A stretch of 64,000 nucleotides of DNA from a bacterium (lineage in GTDB: Bacteria > Zhuqueibacterota > Zhuqueibacteria > Residuimicrobiales > Krinioviventaceae), in NCBI GenBank assembly GCA_963693055.1, contig OY843751.1, positions 1,536,001 through 1,600,000 of the forward strand, in the 5' to 3' direction. Position numbers and translations under genes: made by a program. Of this stretch, positions 30,608-40,665 are shown one piece after another. Below the pieces are notes generated by a model, which did not search any database, was not told where the DNA came from, and saw nothing but the letters and a program-made list of their open reading frames with translations. The stretch's first letter is position 1. Every line of letters starts with the position of its first letter.

Positions 30608-32263
30608 TTAAAATTGGTCAATGATTTTGACCCATTGTTCTGCCAACCCGTTTCTCAAAATACCTTCCTCCAGGTATATTGAGGCGCCGGTTTTCCATGC
30701 TTCTTCAAAGCCTTTTGAGATCAGGGTGGTTTCCACAGGGATCCACACCTGTTGGATACCGGACGGGTCCTCGCGAACGATATAACGTTTTTCATTTGTA
30801 CTGATCAATTTACCCTGAGACACATCGAGCCCGCTGTTGAAAAGCAGATAAAGATGCGCAATGTTTTTTTCGGGATCACGGACCTCAACAAACGCGGTCT
30901 TGATTCCTACGCTTTCCAGTAACGAACTAAACAGTACTACCAGATCGTCGCAATCACCATGACCCAATTCCAGGGTTTCCTGAGCAAACTGTACCCGGTC
31001 ATCCTGATAAAACACAATATTGGGATCAGAAAGATATCGGATGTTTCTGGAATTCAATTCTTGAAATATAGCACGAGCAATTTCAAAATTACGATTTGTT
31101 GTGTTTTTATCTGATTGAACAGATGCCGCTATGGATCTGGCCAGTTCAAGAATCTGTGGATCTTCGGGACTCAGGTAATAGCCCAGTTTTTCCATGTCTC
31201 CGCTCCAGGCATTGCGGGTATGAATAACAATTTCCTGACTCAGGTTTTGCTTGTATGTAACCGCTGCCCGCGCTTCAATATCCAGATCAATAATTGCCGT
31301 TTTACTTTGGGATATATCCAGATATCGTGGGCCGAAAAAGGCGGTCACGGGTATGTTGCGGGTTTCACCGCCTTCTAATTTTACAAATCCGCTGTCTTTG
31401 GGACGTTCGGAATATCCTTGAACGGTACAGCGTACATTGACTTCTACTTCCTGTCCCAGCATGTTTTTTACAGTGACCATGGCAATGGGATATGTAGAAT
31501 AAAACTGATAATATGCAGGATAAATGTCAGAGACCAGTAACTGCGTTCCCAGTACTTTGATGGCCTCGCGTTTTTGTCCCCACATGAATGAGAAACCCAT
31601 GGTAAATTGCATGCCGTTATAGTCGTATTCTGAATCCATATCTACAAAATGGTAACGGGTATCAAAATTGAGTGCAAACCAGCTTGCCAGTACAATATTG
31701 GTACCTACTCCTAAATATGCTCCAAAATCCTGTTTGTTGGTTACAGTCGTTTCTGAATTGTTTAAATTATTTACATCCAGGTCGATATTGACTCCATCGA
31801 TAGTCGAATCAATAATAGAATTGTCAGCAGCTTTTGTATCTACATTTGTCAACCAATAAGGCCCTACACCGGCAGTTACATAGGGATGAAACGCACCGGA
31901 AACCCGGTTTGATATAAAGTCGTAACGTAAACCAATGAGAAAGGGGATGATTGTTTCGACTTTAACATCATCCTGAACACCTCTGTCCTTGATATCTACA
32001 TTTGAAGTACCACCAATGCTCATTTCAAAGAACACATTGTCGTATGCGCGTGAAAAAAAGTACATGTTGCCACCGGCACCAATCACCTTGACATCTGCAT
32101 TTGTACCCGAGGAAGATACCTGAAGGTTACCGGTTTTGCTGTCTACATCCCAGAATCCGCCTCTAAAGCCAATTCCTGAAGATCTGACCATTCCCTGCGC
32201 AAACATGTGTGATGCTCCAATTAACATGATTATCAAGATACGTTGTGTTATTTTCTTCCTCAT
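30608..32263 (-). CDS. Outer-membrane beta-barrel fused to Ig-like and transglutaminase-like domains
   Basis: Barrel strands (PYVTAGVG, LNFDTRYHF); C-terminal 'Y.SDP..Q...ETL..GDCDD..SLLESVGI..HLY..PVETT'. Confidence 0.8.
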   Translation of the reverse strand: MRKKITQRILIIMLIGASHMFAQGMVRSSGIGFRGGFWDVDSKTGNLQVSSSGTNADVKVIGAGGNMYFFSRAYDNVFFEMSIGGTSNVDIKDRGVQDDVKVETIIPFLIGLRYDFISNRVSGAFHPYVTAGVGPYWLTNVDTKAADNSIIDSTIDGVNIDLDVNNLNNSETTVTNKQDFGAYLGVGTNIVLASWFALNFDTRYHFVDMDSEYDYNGMQFTMGFSFMWGQKREAIKVLGTQLLVSDIYPAYYQFYSTYPIAMVTVKNMLGQEVEVNVRCTVQGYSERPKDSGFVKLEGGETRNIPVTAFFGPRYLDISQSKTAIIDLDIEARAAVTYKQNLSQEIVIHTRNAWSGDMEKLGYYLSPEDPQILELARSIAASVQSDKNTTNRNFEIARAIFQELNSRNIRYLSDPNIVFYQDDRVQFAQETLELGHGDCDDLVVLFSSLLESVGIKTAFVEVRDPEKNIAHLYLLFNSGLDVSQGKLISTNEKRYIVREDPSGIQQVWIPVETTLISKGFEEAWKTGASIYLEEGILRNGLAEQWVKIIDQF

Positions 32264-32276
32264 TCCCGTTCCTGTG

Positions 32277-32942
32277 TTATTTGATTATGGGGGTGAATTC
32301 TCCCCAATAAAAATTGATACCCAAACCGTAATCCCAACCGCTGTATTTGTGCATGGGATTAAAGTTGATAAAGTGATAGCGGATGTCAAAGTTGAGACCA
32401 AACCAATTTGAGAACATGAAATTCATACCTGCACCCGTATAACCACCACCGCGTAACCGGGTTTTGATATTTACTTTATTATTATCTGTAAAATCGCGGT
32501 TTTGAACATTAATGTCACTGAGCCAATAAGGACCCATTCCAGCGGACAGATATGGTTTAAAAGCGGTTATGTTTCTAAAGGGAAACAACTCGTAATGTAA
32601 TCCTAATAACGCGCCGGTTACTGCTTCTGCTTTAACATCCTCGCCAAAAAAATCAATGGACTGTGTTTCCGCTTTTCCCATGCTGCCCAGGCTGAATTCA
32701 AGCATCATATTGGGAGCCACGCGTGTATAAAAAGACATCCATCCGCCTGCACCTTCAATATCAACATTGGTTTGATGATAATAATCTTCAACAATGATCT
32801 GTGATTCAGTATCATTACCCGTCCAATATGAACCGCGAAAGCCAATACCGGTTGAACGTTGATATGTTTCTGAATAAGCCATGGATACAATTCCCAATAC
32901 CGCGATTGAAATTAAAGTGATAATTGAAATGATACGTAACAT
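32277..32942 (-). CDS. Small outer-membrane beta-barrel, paralogous to the N-domain of the next gene
   Basis: Shares 'RS.GIGFRG..W', 'PY..AG.GPYWL' and 'WF.LNFD.RYHF' with the 30608 ORF; RBS AAGGAG before ATG 32942. Confidence 0.8.
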   Translation of the reverse strand: MLRIISIITLISIAVLGIVSMAYSETYQRSTGIGFRGSYWTGNDTESQIIVEDYYHQTNVDIEGAGGWMSFYTRVAPNMMLEFSLGSMGKAETQSIDFFGEDVKAEAVTGALLGLHYELFPFRNITAFKPYLSAGMGPYWLSDINVQNRDFTDNNKVNIKTRLRGGGYTGAGMNFMFSNWFGLNFDIRYHFINFNPMHKYSGWDYGLGINFYWGEFTPIIK

Positions 32943-32988
32943 GATGATCTCCTTGTTGTAACAGGTTTTGTTTTTCACATCATGTCAG

Positions 32989-33004
32989 GCAACATCGGTG
33001 CCAA
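32989..33004 (-). promoter_or_regulatory. sigma54 (-24/-12) promoter
   Basis: Minus strand TTGGCAC-CGATG-TTGC is an exact match to TGGCAC-N5-TTGC. Confidence 0.85.
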
Positions 33005-33067
33005 ATAATTTTTGCGCATTAACCGACAGTTTATTATGGGCTTATGGTTGCTTTATGTGTTCTTGCC

Positions 33068-33108
33068 AAATGCGGGATTAATGATAAATGCGGGATTTTC
33101 CCGCATTT
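33068..33108. promoter_or_regulatory. Candidate upstream activator sequence
   Basis: AAATGCGGGA at 33068, then palindrome AAATGCGGGA-TTT-TCCCGCATTT (33086-33108), about 65-105 bp upstream of the -24 element. Confidence 0.6.
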
Positions 33109-33116
33109 GACCAATA

Positions 33117-35669
33117 TTAATTATCCTTGTTTTGAAAATACGTTATAATTTTTTCAGCATAATGATGATATTTTTGTGGTAATCCCTTGAATGACGGCAT
33201 CTTTTTTAAATCGTCGGGTGTATTTTCGGCGGGAATATCCAGACTGTTTATATAATCGGATAATTTGGATCTAACTTTGGACACTGCGTCTTCCGGTAAT
33301 GCATAGGCGATTGTGTCTGCGGCTTTGTTTATATCAAAATCAGCATTTACAAAATGTTCAAAACAGATACCTCGATAATAATCGGTAATGGTACCCCGAT
33401 CTTTGTTCATCAGGTTGGCGGTTTTACTGATTGCTGAATGGGAAAACTGTAACGCTCGCAATGATTCAAGAACCTGGTCTTCAAAGGTAACAAATGTACC
33501 TACTGGATCATTTTGAACAGATAGCTGGATTTCCTGGGGAAGATCACTGCTTTGTATGATTTGCCGATTGTCACTTTGGGCCATAATGGCTGCACGACGA
33601 ACCAGGTTTTCAAGCTCGCGTACATTTCCGGGAAATAAATAGTTTTGCAGTTGATTCATAGCCTGCTCTGAAAATCCGGTTATGGATTGATAGCCATGTT
33701 TATCAATAAAATGCTGAACCAGCAGGGGGATATCCTGTCGACGTTCCCGCAAGGGTGGAAGCTGTACTGGAAATCCATTGAGCCGATAATACAGATCCAC
33801 ACGAAATCGATCCTGTTCTATCTCTTTTTCAATATCTTTGCTGGATGCGGCAATGACCCGTACATCTGTTTTCTGGGTCTTTTCACTACCTAACCGTTCA
33901 AAGGTACCTTCCTGCAATACCCGCAACAGCTTGGCCTGAAACGCGGGAGAGGTTTCAGTGATCTCGTCCAGAAAAAGTGTACCTTTATCCGCCAGTTCAA
34001 AGCGGCCTTTGCGTTGCGATTGGGCCCCGGTAAAGCTGCCTTTTTCATGCCCAAAGAGTTCGCTCTCTAATAACGTGTCCGGCAGGGCGCTGCAGTTAAC
34101 CGCGACAAAAGACATGGATTTACGTGGACCGCTGTTGTGGATTGCCTTTGCAATGAGTTCTTTACCGCTGCCGGTCTCGCCCTTGATGAAAACGGGGATA
34201 TCATCCGAACCAACTTTTTGCACTAATTCGAGCACTTTTTGCATGGGACTGCCATTGGTATGGATAATATTTGTAAATCCGACTGTGACGGGTGCAGACT
34301 GAGGATTGTCGTATGTTTGCAGGTCACGAATTTGAGATTCCAGTTTTTGGATCTCCTGCTGCATAGAGGTGGTTATGTTTTCACTCTTGTTTTGTTCTTT
34401 TTCAAACTGTGCCTTTGCATCCTGCAATGCTTGTTCTTTGCTCAAGATTTGCTGCTGTAAAAGATCGTGATGGGAGGTAAGGTGTTGTTCTTTACGGATT
34501 ACTTTGAGCGATATTATGAATATAGCAGAAATAGTCCAAACTACAAAAGGAAGCATCCAGGGGAATATGATTTGTAATGCTGAAAATAAAATGTAAGAGA
34601 TGAATAATACTAGAATTATACCGGCAATGATGAAAATAATGAACGATTTAATTGGTTTTTGATATAATATCATTAACAGTGCGGCTATTATAAAAATGAT
34701 CAATGCCTGCGCCCACAAGGGTGCAATGCGAATAAAACGTCCTGATATGATATTCTCTGCAACAGTCAGATGTACCAGTGAAGCCGGTAATGCATTCGAC
34801 AGGGGAGTGACTTTTAGCGGTGCATGACCGGGAGACGTAACCGTGATAAGCACCAGTTTGTCCTTAACATCCAACAAGTCAGGATTTTCTTGATATTGCT
34901 GTAACAGATCTACAAAGCTGATGGCGTTGAGGTTTTCAATACTGCCAAAATGATCGGGACGAAATTCTCCCGATGGCCCGATTGGAATGCGGATTGCTTT
35001 TCCCGAATCCGGTTTGAATTCAATATCTTTTCGTGTCATTAAGAAATTGTCTGTGGATACATTCAGAAATAAACGCGCCATTTCGAGTCCGAAGGAATAG
35101 ACTGGTTTTTCGTTCTGGTATGCAACTAATGGTACTTGACGTGTTTCGGCATCGCTGCCCATATTGCTGAATCCTGTTGCCTTGCAATTCTCTTTAAAAA
35201 TATTAATGGGATTGCGTGGTTCCTGACCGATATATGGGTGTGGAAAAGGTGAATTGGTAAACGTGTTTTGTTCAAGATCCGTAAACGCCATGGGCAGGCA
35301 AACCCGGTCAGCGGATTGGATAAAATCCGCAAAGGCCTCGTCAAATTCAGGATAGCGGGAATCATGAGTATCAAAAAGCAGATCAAAGGCAATGACTTTA
35401 GCTCCGGCATTCTGCAGGATATGTGTCAGGTATCCGTAATAGTCACGAGTAATGGGCCAACCGTGCAGGGATTCGATATCATTCTGATCTATAAAAATCA
35501 CCAGCAGATCATCACTGACCTGGCGATCTCCGCGCAGTTTAATCCATTGAGTGATCGTTGTATCCGATGAATTTTCAGCAAGTGGAGTAAATAACAGAAC
35601 CAATCCTATTAAAGCAATAGTAATGATGACTGTTGAGTAAATATTGTTTATAAGCGCTGTGATTTTCAT
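33117..35669 (-). CDS. Membrane-bound sigma54-dependent activator (bEBP) with CHASE2 sensor
   Basis: CHASE2 motifs ('ID..I..L.GWP..R', 'GAKVIAFDLLF'); 3 TM helices; coiled coil; GETGSGKE, ESELFGHEKGSFTGA, FLDEI, FRVDLYYRL, PGNVREL. Confidence 0.9.
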   Translation of the reverse strand: MKITALINNIYSTVIITIALIGLVLLFTPLAENSSDTTITQWIKLRGDRQVSDDLLVIFIDQNDIESLHGWPITRDYYGYLTHILQNAGAKVIAFDLLFDTHDSRYPEFDEAFADFIQSADRVCLPMAFTDLEQNTFTNSPFPHPYIGQEPRNPINIFKENCKATGFSNMGSDAETRQVPLVAYQNEKPVYSFGLEMARLFLNVSTDNFLMTRKDIEFKPDSGKAIRIPIGPSGEFRPDHFGSIENLNAISFVDLLQQYQENPDLLDVKDKLVLITVTSPGHAPLKVTPLSNALPASLVHLTVAENIISGRFIRIAPLWAQALIIFIIAALLMILYQKPIKSFIIFIIAGIILVLFISYILFSALQIIFPWMLPFVVWTISAIFIISLKVIRKEQHLTSHHDLLQQQILSKEQALQDAKAQFEKEQNKSENITTSMQQEIQKLESQIRDLQTYDNPQSAPVTVGFTNIIHTNGSPMQKVLELVQKVGSDDIPVFIKGETGSGKELIAKAIHNSGPRKSMSFVAVNCSALPDTLLESELFGHEKGSFTGAQSQRKGRFELADKGTLFLDEITETSPAFQAKLLRVLQEGTFERLGSEKTQKTDVRVIAASSKDIEKEIEQDRFRVDLYYRLNGFPVQLPPLRERRQDIPLLVQHFIDKHGYQSITGFSEQAMNQLQNYLFPGNVRELENLVRRAAIMAQSDNRQIIQSSDLPQEIQLSVQNDPVGTFVTFEDQVLESLRALQFSHSAISKTANLMNKDRGTITDYYRGICFEHFVNADFDINKAADTIAYALPEDAVSKVRSKLSDYINSLDIPAENTPDDLKKMPSFKGLPQKYHHYAEKIITYFQNKDN

Positions 35670-35885
35670 GAATTGACCCTGTTTATATATTAAAAAGGGT
35701 ATACGTTACCCATAAATAAACGTTTCATCTGAAAAAGTACGTATAATTGATGATGAAATCAAATAATTTTGATGTTTGCTTTTGCTACGTTATTAACAGT
35801 ATGGCATGAGACTTTTATTGCATCTGGCGTCAGGATTTTCTACATTTGTTAAATCATTTTTAATCATAACGAGTTTTATCAACAT

Positions 35886-36944
35886 ATGGAAAAACGGATG
35901 CAGTCCTTTTGGGACAAACTGGATGTGGGTATTGGAAAAGAAGTAGCAATAAGCAGAGTTTTACGGACATTGACCTGGAAACGGTTGTGGAACGCACTCA
36001 AGATATTAACCTCATTTTTGCTCTCTGCTATATTGAAAAAGAACATTGTATGGGGCGTGCCGCCTATAGTCAATATAGAGCCGACCAATATATGTAATTT
36101 AAAGTGTCCCTTGTGCGTAACCGGATGTGGAGACATGGAGCGTCCCCGCGGTATGATGAATTTTGAAACATTCCGCAAGGTTGTGGATGAGGTTGCGGAC
36201 AAGATCATATATATAACCCTTTATTCGCAGGGTGAACCGTATTTGAATAAAGAGTTTAACCGGTTTGTGCGATATGCCAAAGACAGGGGTGTGTATGTCA
36301 ATACCAGTACCAACGCGCATTACTTTGATAAACAGATGGCTGTTTCGACTGTGATGAGCGGGCTGGACAGTATGATCATCTCGCTTGACGGTGCAACACA
36401 AGAGAGTTACGCGCATTACCGTCGCAATGGAGACCTGGAGACGGTCAAACAGGGAATCCGTAATTTGGTTGATGCAAAAAAGCAATTAAAGAGTAAAACG
36501 CCTTACTTGTTTGCACAGTTTCTGGTGATGAAGCATAACGAGCATGAAATAGACGAGATGAAAAAACTGGCAAAAGAGTTGGAGGTGGACCGGCTCCTCA
36601 TTAAAACCACGCAGGTGATGACACTGGAAGAAGCGCGTGAATGGCTGCCGGAAAATGACAAGTATCGGCGCTATGATGTTACCGAAGAGGGATTCAGCGT
36701 CAAGAAGGGCAAAGGCGCTTGTCCCAGACCGTGGCTAACAACGTTGGTGGACTGGGACGGCCTGGTGGTGCCGTGCTGTTTTGACAAGAACGGTGACCAC
36801 GCCACTGGTACGATTGGGGAACAGGGGTTGTTGGAGATCTGGGGCAATGGCAAATACCGGGGATTCCGCACACGCCTGCTGCGCAATCGCGACTCGATCG
36901 AGATGTGCCGCAACTGTAATTTTGGTATCGGGATTTTTAAATAA
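35886..36944 (+). CDS. Radical SAM protein with SPASM/Twitch domain
   Basis: CNLKCPLC; C-terminal CPRPW..DG.VVPCC..CRNC. Confidence 0.9.
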   Translation: MEKRMQSFWDKLDVGIGKEVAISRVLRTLTWKRLWNALKILTSFLLSAILKKNIVWGVPPIVNIEPTNICNLKCPLCVTGCGDMERPRGMMNFETFRKVVDEVADKIIYITLYSQGEPYLNKEFNRFVRYAKDRGVYVNTSTNAHYFDKQMAVSTVMSGLDSMIISLDGATQESYAHYRRNGDLETVKQGIRNLVDAKKQLKSKTPYLFAQFLVMKHNEHEIDEMKKLAKELEVDRLLIKTTQVMTLEEAREWLPENDKYRRYDVTEEGFSVKKGKGACPRPWLTTLVDWDGLVVPCCFDKNGDHATGTIGEQGLLEIWGNGKYRGFRTRLLRNRDSIEMCRNCNFGIGIFK

Positions 36945-36952
36945 TATAATAG

Positions 36953-37066
36953 AACACGAATAACACGGATTTACACTTTTAGATATAGTTAATTATTATA
37001 GGGAACGGTCTCAGACCGTTCCCTACATATTTAATTAACCACAGATTCAAACGGATAAACACAGAT
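36953..37066. repeat. REP-like cluster: 9-mer CAC(A/G)GAT repeats around a GTAG-type REP palindrome
   Basis: AACACGAATAACACGGATTT; TAGGGAACGGTC-TCA-GACCGTTCCCTAC (36999-37026); CCACAGATTCAAACGGATAAACACAGAT. Confidence 0.65.
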
Positions 37067-37210
37067 AAAAAATACACTGCTATGAAATATTTGCATAGCC
37101 CGTTTATTTATTTACTGCCCAAGTCCAATAATAACAATGTATTGTGTTCTGGTATGTATTTTGAACAAAATTGCTATATCCATAAGGATAAATCTATTTG
37201 AGGGAAAATT

Positions 37211-38716
37211 ATGAAAACACGTTTGACCATTCTTATTGTATTGATTTTTGCAGTTACACTTTTCAGCCAGGGCATTCCTTATAATCAGGAATTTCAGGTA
37301 AATACATTTACTAAAAGTTTTCAATGGAAACCATGTATAACAACCCTCTCAGATGGCAGTTTTTTGATTATATGGACTAGTTTTGAGCAAGTTAAAGATG
37401 CTAGTACTGAAATATTTGCTCAAAATTTTAATGCTGATTGTAGTAAAAGAAATGGTGAGTATCAAATAACTAATAGTGTAAAGTATGATCAGGATGAAAC
37501 TTGCGTTGCTGTACTAGAAAATAAAGAATTAGTTGTTTGTTGTTGGGAAAGTATGTATCAGGATGGTTCAGGATCTGGAATATTTGCACAAAAGTTGAGT
37601 ACTGATGGTTCTGTTATTGGAAGCGACTTTCAAGTAAATACTGTCGAAACATATAATCAATTTTATCCAAATATTACAAGCTTATCAGATGGTGATTATG
37701 CAATTTGTTGGTTAAGTGGTGAATACAATGTGACAAGCTGGGATGTTAAATTACAGTGCTTTAATTCTGATGGTAATAAAAAAGGTGAGGAAATTAAAGT
37801 AAATACAAATATTAAAAGTTACAAAGTTAAACCTATTGTAAGAAGATTATCCAATGGCGGGTTTGTTGTGTTTTGGAATGGTGGCAATCCGGATTACAGA
37901 GACTGGAGAATATATTTTCAATGTTTTAATGAGTTTGGTACTAAAGATAGCAATGAATTGCAGTTGGTTGAAAATTATGAAAATAATCAATATTTATACG
38001 ATATTGTGACACTTGCTGACAAGAGTTTATTGGTATCATGGGCAAGTCGAATTAATGAAAAATATACAAGTATTTATGCGCAGCGTTTTTATGATAATAT
38101 AACAAAATATGATGATTCTTTTAAAGTAAATACTAACACTATGTGTGAAAAAGCATATTCAAAAATTTCAGTTCTATCAGATAGTAATTTTGTTATATGT
38201 TGGCAAAGTAGTGAACAGGATAATTCTAGATCTGGAGTTTTTGCTCAACGTTTTTATTCTGATTGCAGTAAAATGGGGTATGAATTCCAAGTTAATAGTT
38301 ATTCAATAGGTTCACAAGGTCGTCCCTGTGTTACTGCATTATTAAATGGAGATTTTGTGATAAGTTGGATGAGTATGCAACCTAATGATTCAGGTTGGGA
38401 TATTTTTGCAAAACATATATCGAGTGAGGTGGAAGATGCCGCGAAACTCCCGATGGGAATTGCGTTGGAGCAGAACTATCCCAATCCCTTTAATCCCGTA
38501 ACCACGGTGCGGTACAGCTTGCCGAAGGCGGGACCTGTGGCGCTGAAACTGTACGATATAACCGGTAGGGAGGTGATGTCGCTGGTAAATGAGTGGCAGG
38601 CCGAGGGAGCTCACTCAATAAAAGTTGATTGTCGCAGCCTTGCGAGCGGAGTTTATGTGTATAAGCTGACTGCGGGAGATTATTGTGAGAGCAAAAAGAT
38701 GGCTTTGGTGAGGTAG
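37211..38716 (+). CDS. Secreted 'EFQVNT..P.I..L.DG.FVICW' repeat protein with T9SS-type C-terminal sorting domain
   Basis: About 7 repeats; LEQNYPNPFNP..YDITGREV..LASGVY.Y..SKKMALVR. Confidence 0.85.
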   Translation: MKTRLTILIVLIFAVTLFSQGIPYNQEFQVNTFTKSFQWKPCITTLSDGSFLIIWTSFEQVKDASTEIFAQNFNADCSKRNGEYQITNSVKYDQDETCVAVLENKELVVCCWESMYQDGSGSGIFAQKLSTDGSVIGSDFQVNTVETYNQFYPNITSLSDGDYAICWLSGEYNVTSWDVKLQCFNSDGNKKGEEIKVNTNIKSYKVKPIVRRLSNGGFVVFWNGGNPDYRDWRIYFQCFNEFGTKDSNELQLVENYENNQYLYDIVTLADKSLLVSWASRINEKYTSIYAQRFYDNITKYDDSFKVNTNTMCEKAYSKISVLSDSNFVICWQSSEQDNSRSGVFAQRFYSDCSKMGYEFQVNSYSIGSQGRPCVTALLNGDFVISWMSMQPNDSGWDIFAKHISSEVEDAAKLPMGIALEQNYPNPFNPVTTVRYSLPKAGPVALKLYDITGREVMSLVNEWQAEGAHSIKVDCRSLASGVYVYKLTAGDYCESKKMALVR

Positions 38717-38735
38717 GTTTTGTAGAAAAGCAAGA

Positions 38736-38789
38736 GCCGGTTGCTGAGTACGAGTCCGTAAAACGGACGCGCGTATCGAAGCACCGGCC
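38736..38789. repeat. Nested palindromic REP-like element
   Basis: GCCGGTTGCTGAGTACG-A-GTCCGTAAAACGGAC-GCG-CGTATCGAAGCACCGGC. Confidence 0.55.
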
Positions 38790-38823
38790 CTTTAATACAG
38801 TAAATAGTTAATTGGAGCGAATC

Positions 38824-40665
38824 ATGAAAACACGTTTGATCATTCTTATTGTATTAAGTTTCGTAATTACACTTTTGAGCCAGGAAATATCGTATAATCA
38901 GGAATTTCAGGTGAATACAAGTAAAGATGGATGGTCTCCTTCTATAGCTGCATTATCTGATGGTAGATTTGTGGTTTGCTGGGGAAGTTCTCAAGACTAT
39001 GATGGTGCAGATTATGGTATTTATGCACAAATTTTTGATTCAAAAGCTAATAAGCAAGGATACCATTTCCCGGTAAATACATATACAAAATACAGTCAAA
39101 CGGATCCGCATATTGCAGTACTTACTAATGGAAGATTTGTAATTTGTTGGGAAAGTCAGGAACAGGATGGGGAAGATGGGGGCATTTTTGCACAAATGTT
39201 TTATGCTGATGGTAAACCTGCAGGTGAAGAATTTCAAGTAAATAGCTATATTAAGAATAATCAGTGGCATTCTTCAATTGTGGCCCTTTCTGATGGAGGA
39301 TTTGTGATATGCTGGGAAAGCTATGATGATCAGGACGGAACTGGTTCTGAGATATGTGCGCAATTGTTTGATTCAAATGCTAGCAGGATTGGTGATGAAT
39401 TTCAAGTAAACACATATACAGATAATACCCTGATGAATCCAAGTATTTCATGTCTTTCTGATGGTGCATTTGTGATTTGCTGGGAAAGTAGTGGACAAGA
39501 TGGATCAGGTTGGGGTGTTTATGCACAGATGTTTCATGCTGATGGGAAAAGAATGGGAGATGAATTTCGGGTAAATACATATACGAATAATAATCAGAAC
39601 CAGCAAGTCATAACAGCATTAGAAGATGGGGGTTTTGTAATCAGCTGGTCTAGTTTATATCAAGATGGATCATGTGATGGTGTATTTGCTCAAATGTATC
39701 ATGTAGATGGAACACGGAAGGGTGAAGAATTTCAGGTTAATACATATACATATAATTACCAAGCTAATCCTTATATTTCTTCGTTATCAAGTGGTGGTTT
39801 CATAGTTTGTTGGGAAAGTTATGGTCAAGGTGGACCTTTTACAGAAATTTACGCGCAAATGTTTAATACCGACGGCAGCCAAAAAGGTAATGAATTTCAT
39901 ATTAATACTAATACAAATCAGTTTCAGATGGGGCCATGTATTGCAAGATTATCAGATGGGAAAATTGTGATTACATGGGAAAGTAGTCATGTTGAATCAA
40001 TATTTCAGGTATATGCAAAGTATTTTCCTGCTGAACCCATAGTACATCAATTAGGATACTATCAACTAATAACTCCTGCAAATGATAAAACCCTGCAATC
40101 CACCTGGCCGACCTTTTCCTGGCAGAAATCGAGCAACGTACGCATCTGCTACCCATGGGAAATCGAATATGACCTATACCTGTCTACTGATGAGCAATTT
40201 AGTGATCCTTTCATTTGCAGCGGTATTTTGGATACCACCTATACCATCCCTGATACCGAGTCTCTGCAAGCGGGACAAACGTATTTCTGGAAAGTCCTTG
40301 CAAAAAATATCGCAGGGGACAGCCTGTGGAGCTCAAACACCAACGCCTTTTTTGTCAGTCATACGGCGACTGAGGTGGAGGAGGATGACGCGCAACTACC
40401 AACGGGATTTGAATTGGAGCAGAACTATCCCAACCCTTTTAATCCCGAGACCACGGTGCGGTACAGCCTGCCGCAGGCGGGAGTAGTGGAGCTGAAACTG
40501 TACGATATTACCGGGCGCGAGGTGATGTCTCTGGTGAATGAGTGGCAATCCGCGGGGACGCACTCGGTTAAAGTAGATGGCCGCAGCCTTGCGAGCGGGG
40601 TGTATGTATATACGCTGACTGCTGGATCATATCGTGAGAGTAAAAAGATGGCGCTGATCAAGTGA
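38824..40665 (+). CDS. Paralogous secreted repeat protein + FN3/Ig-like domain + T9SS-type CTD
   Basis: EFQVNTYT repeats; 'PTFSW..Y.L..YFWKVLA'; LEQNYPNPFNP CTD. Confidence 0.85.
   Translation: MKTRLIILIVLSFVITLLSQEISYNQEFQVNTSKDGWSPSIAALSDGRFVVCWGSSQDYDGADYGIYAQIFDSKANKQGYHFPVNTYTKYSQTDPHIAVLTNGRFVICWESQEQDGEDGGIFAQMFYADGKPAGEEFQVNSYIKNNQWHSSIVALSDGGFVICWESYDDQDGTGSEICAQLFDSNASRIGDEFQVNTYTDNTLMNPSISCLSDGAFVICWESSGQDGSGWGVYAQMFHADGKRMGDEFRVNTYTNNNQNQQVITALEDGGFVISWSSLYQDGSCDGVFAQMYHVDGTRKGEEFQVNTYTYNYQANPYISSLSSGGFIVCWESYGQGGPFTEIYAQMFNTDGSQKGNEFHINTNTNQFQMGPCIARLSDGKIVITWESSHVESIFQVYAKYFPAEPIVHQLGYYQLITPANDKTLQSTWPTFSWQKSSNVRICYPWEIEYDLYLSTDEQFSDPFICSGILDTTYTIPDTESLQAGQTYFWKVLAKNIAGDSLWSSNTNAFFVSHTATEVEEDDAQLPTGFELEQNYPNPFNPETTVRYSLPQAGVVELKLYDITGREVMSLVNEWQSAGTHSVKVDGRSLASGVYVYTLTAGSYRESKKMALIK

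Noticed and set aside
33086-33108. Terminator of the activator gene
   Set aside because: 3-nt loop, weak U-tract and a third half-site favour a protein-binding site, though a dual role is not excluded.
35802-35821. sigma54 promoter before the radical SAM/SPASM gene
   Set aside because: TGGCAT and TTGC are not at the required spacing.
35886-36944. RiPP maturase cluster
   Set aside because: No RRE domain, precursor peptide, peptidase or transporter nearby.
37211-40665. DGR variable/template repeats
   Set aside because: Differences between paralogs are not adenine-specific, and no RT is present.
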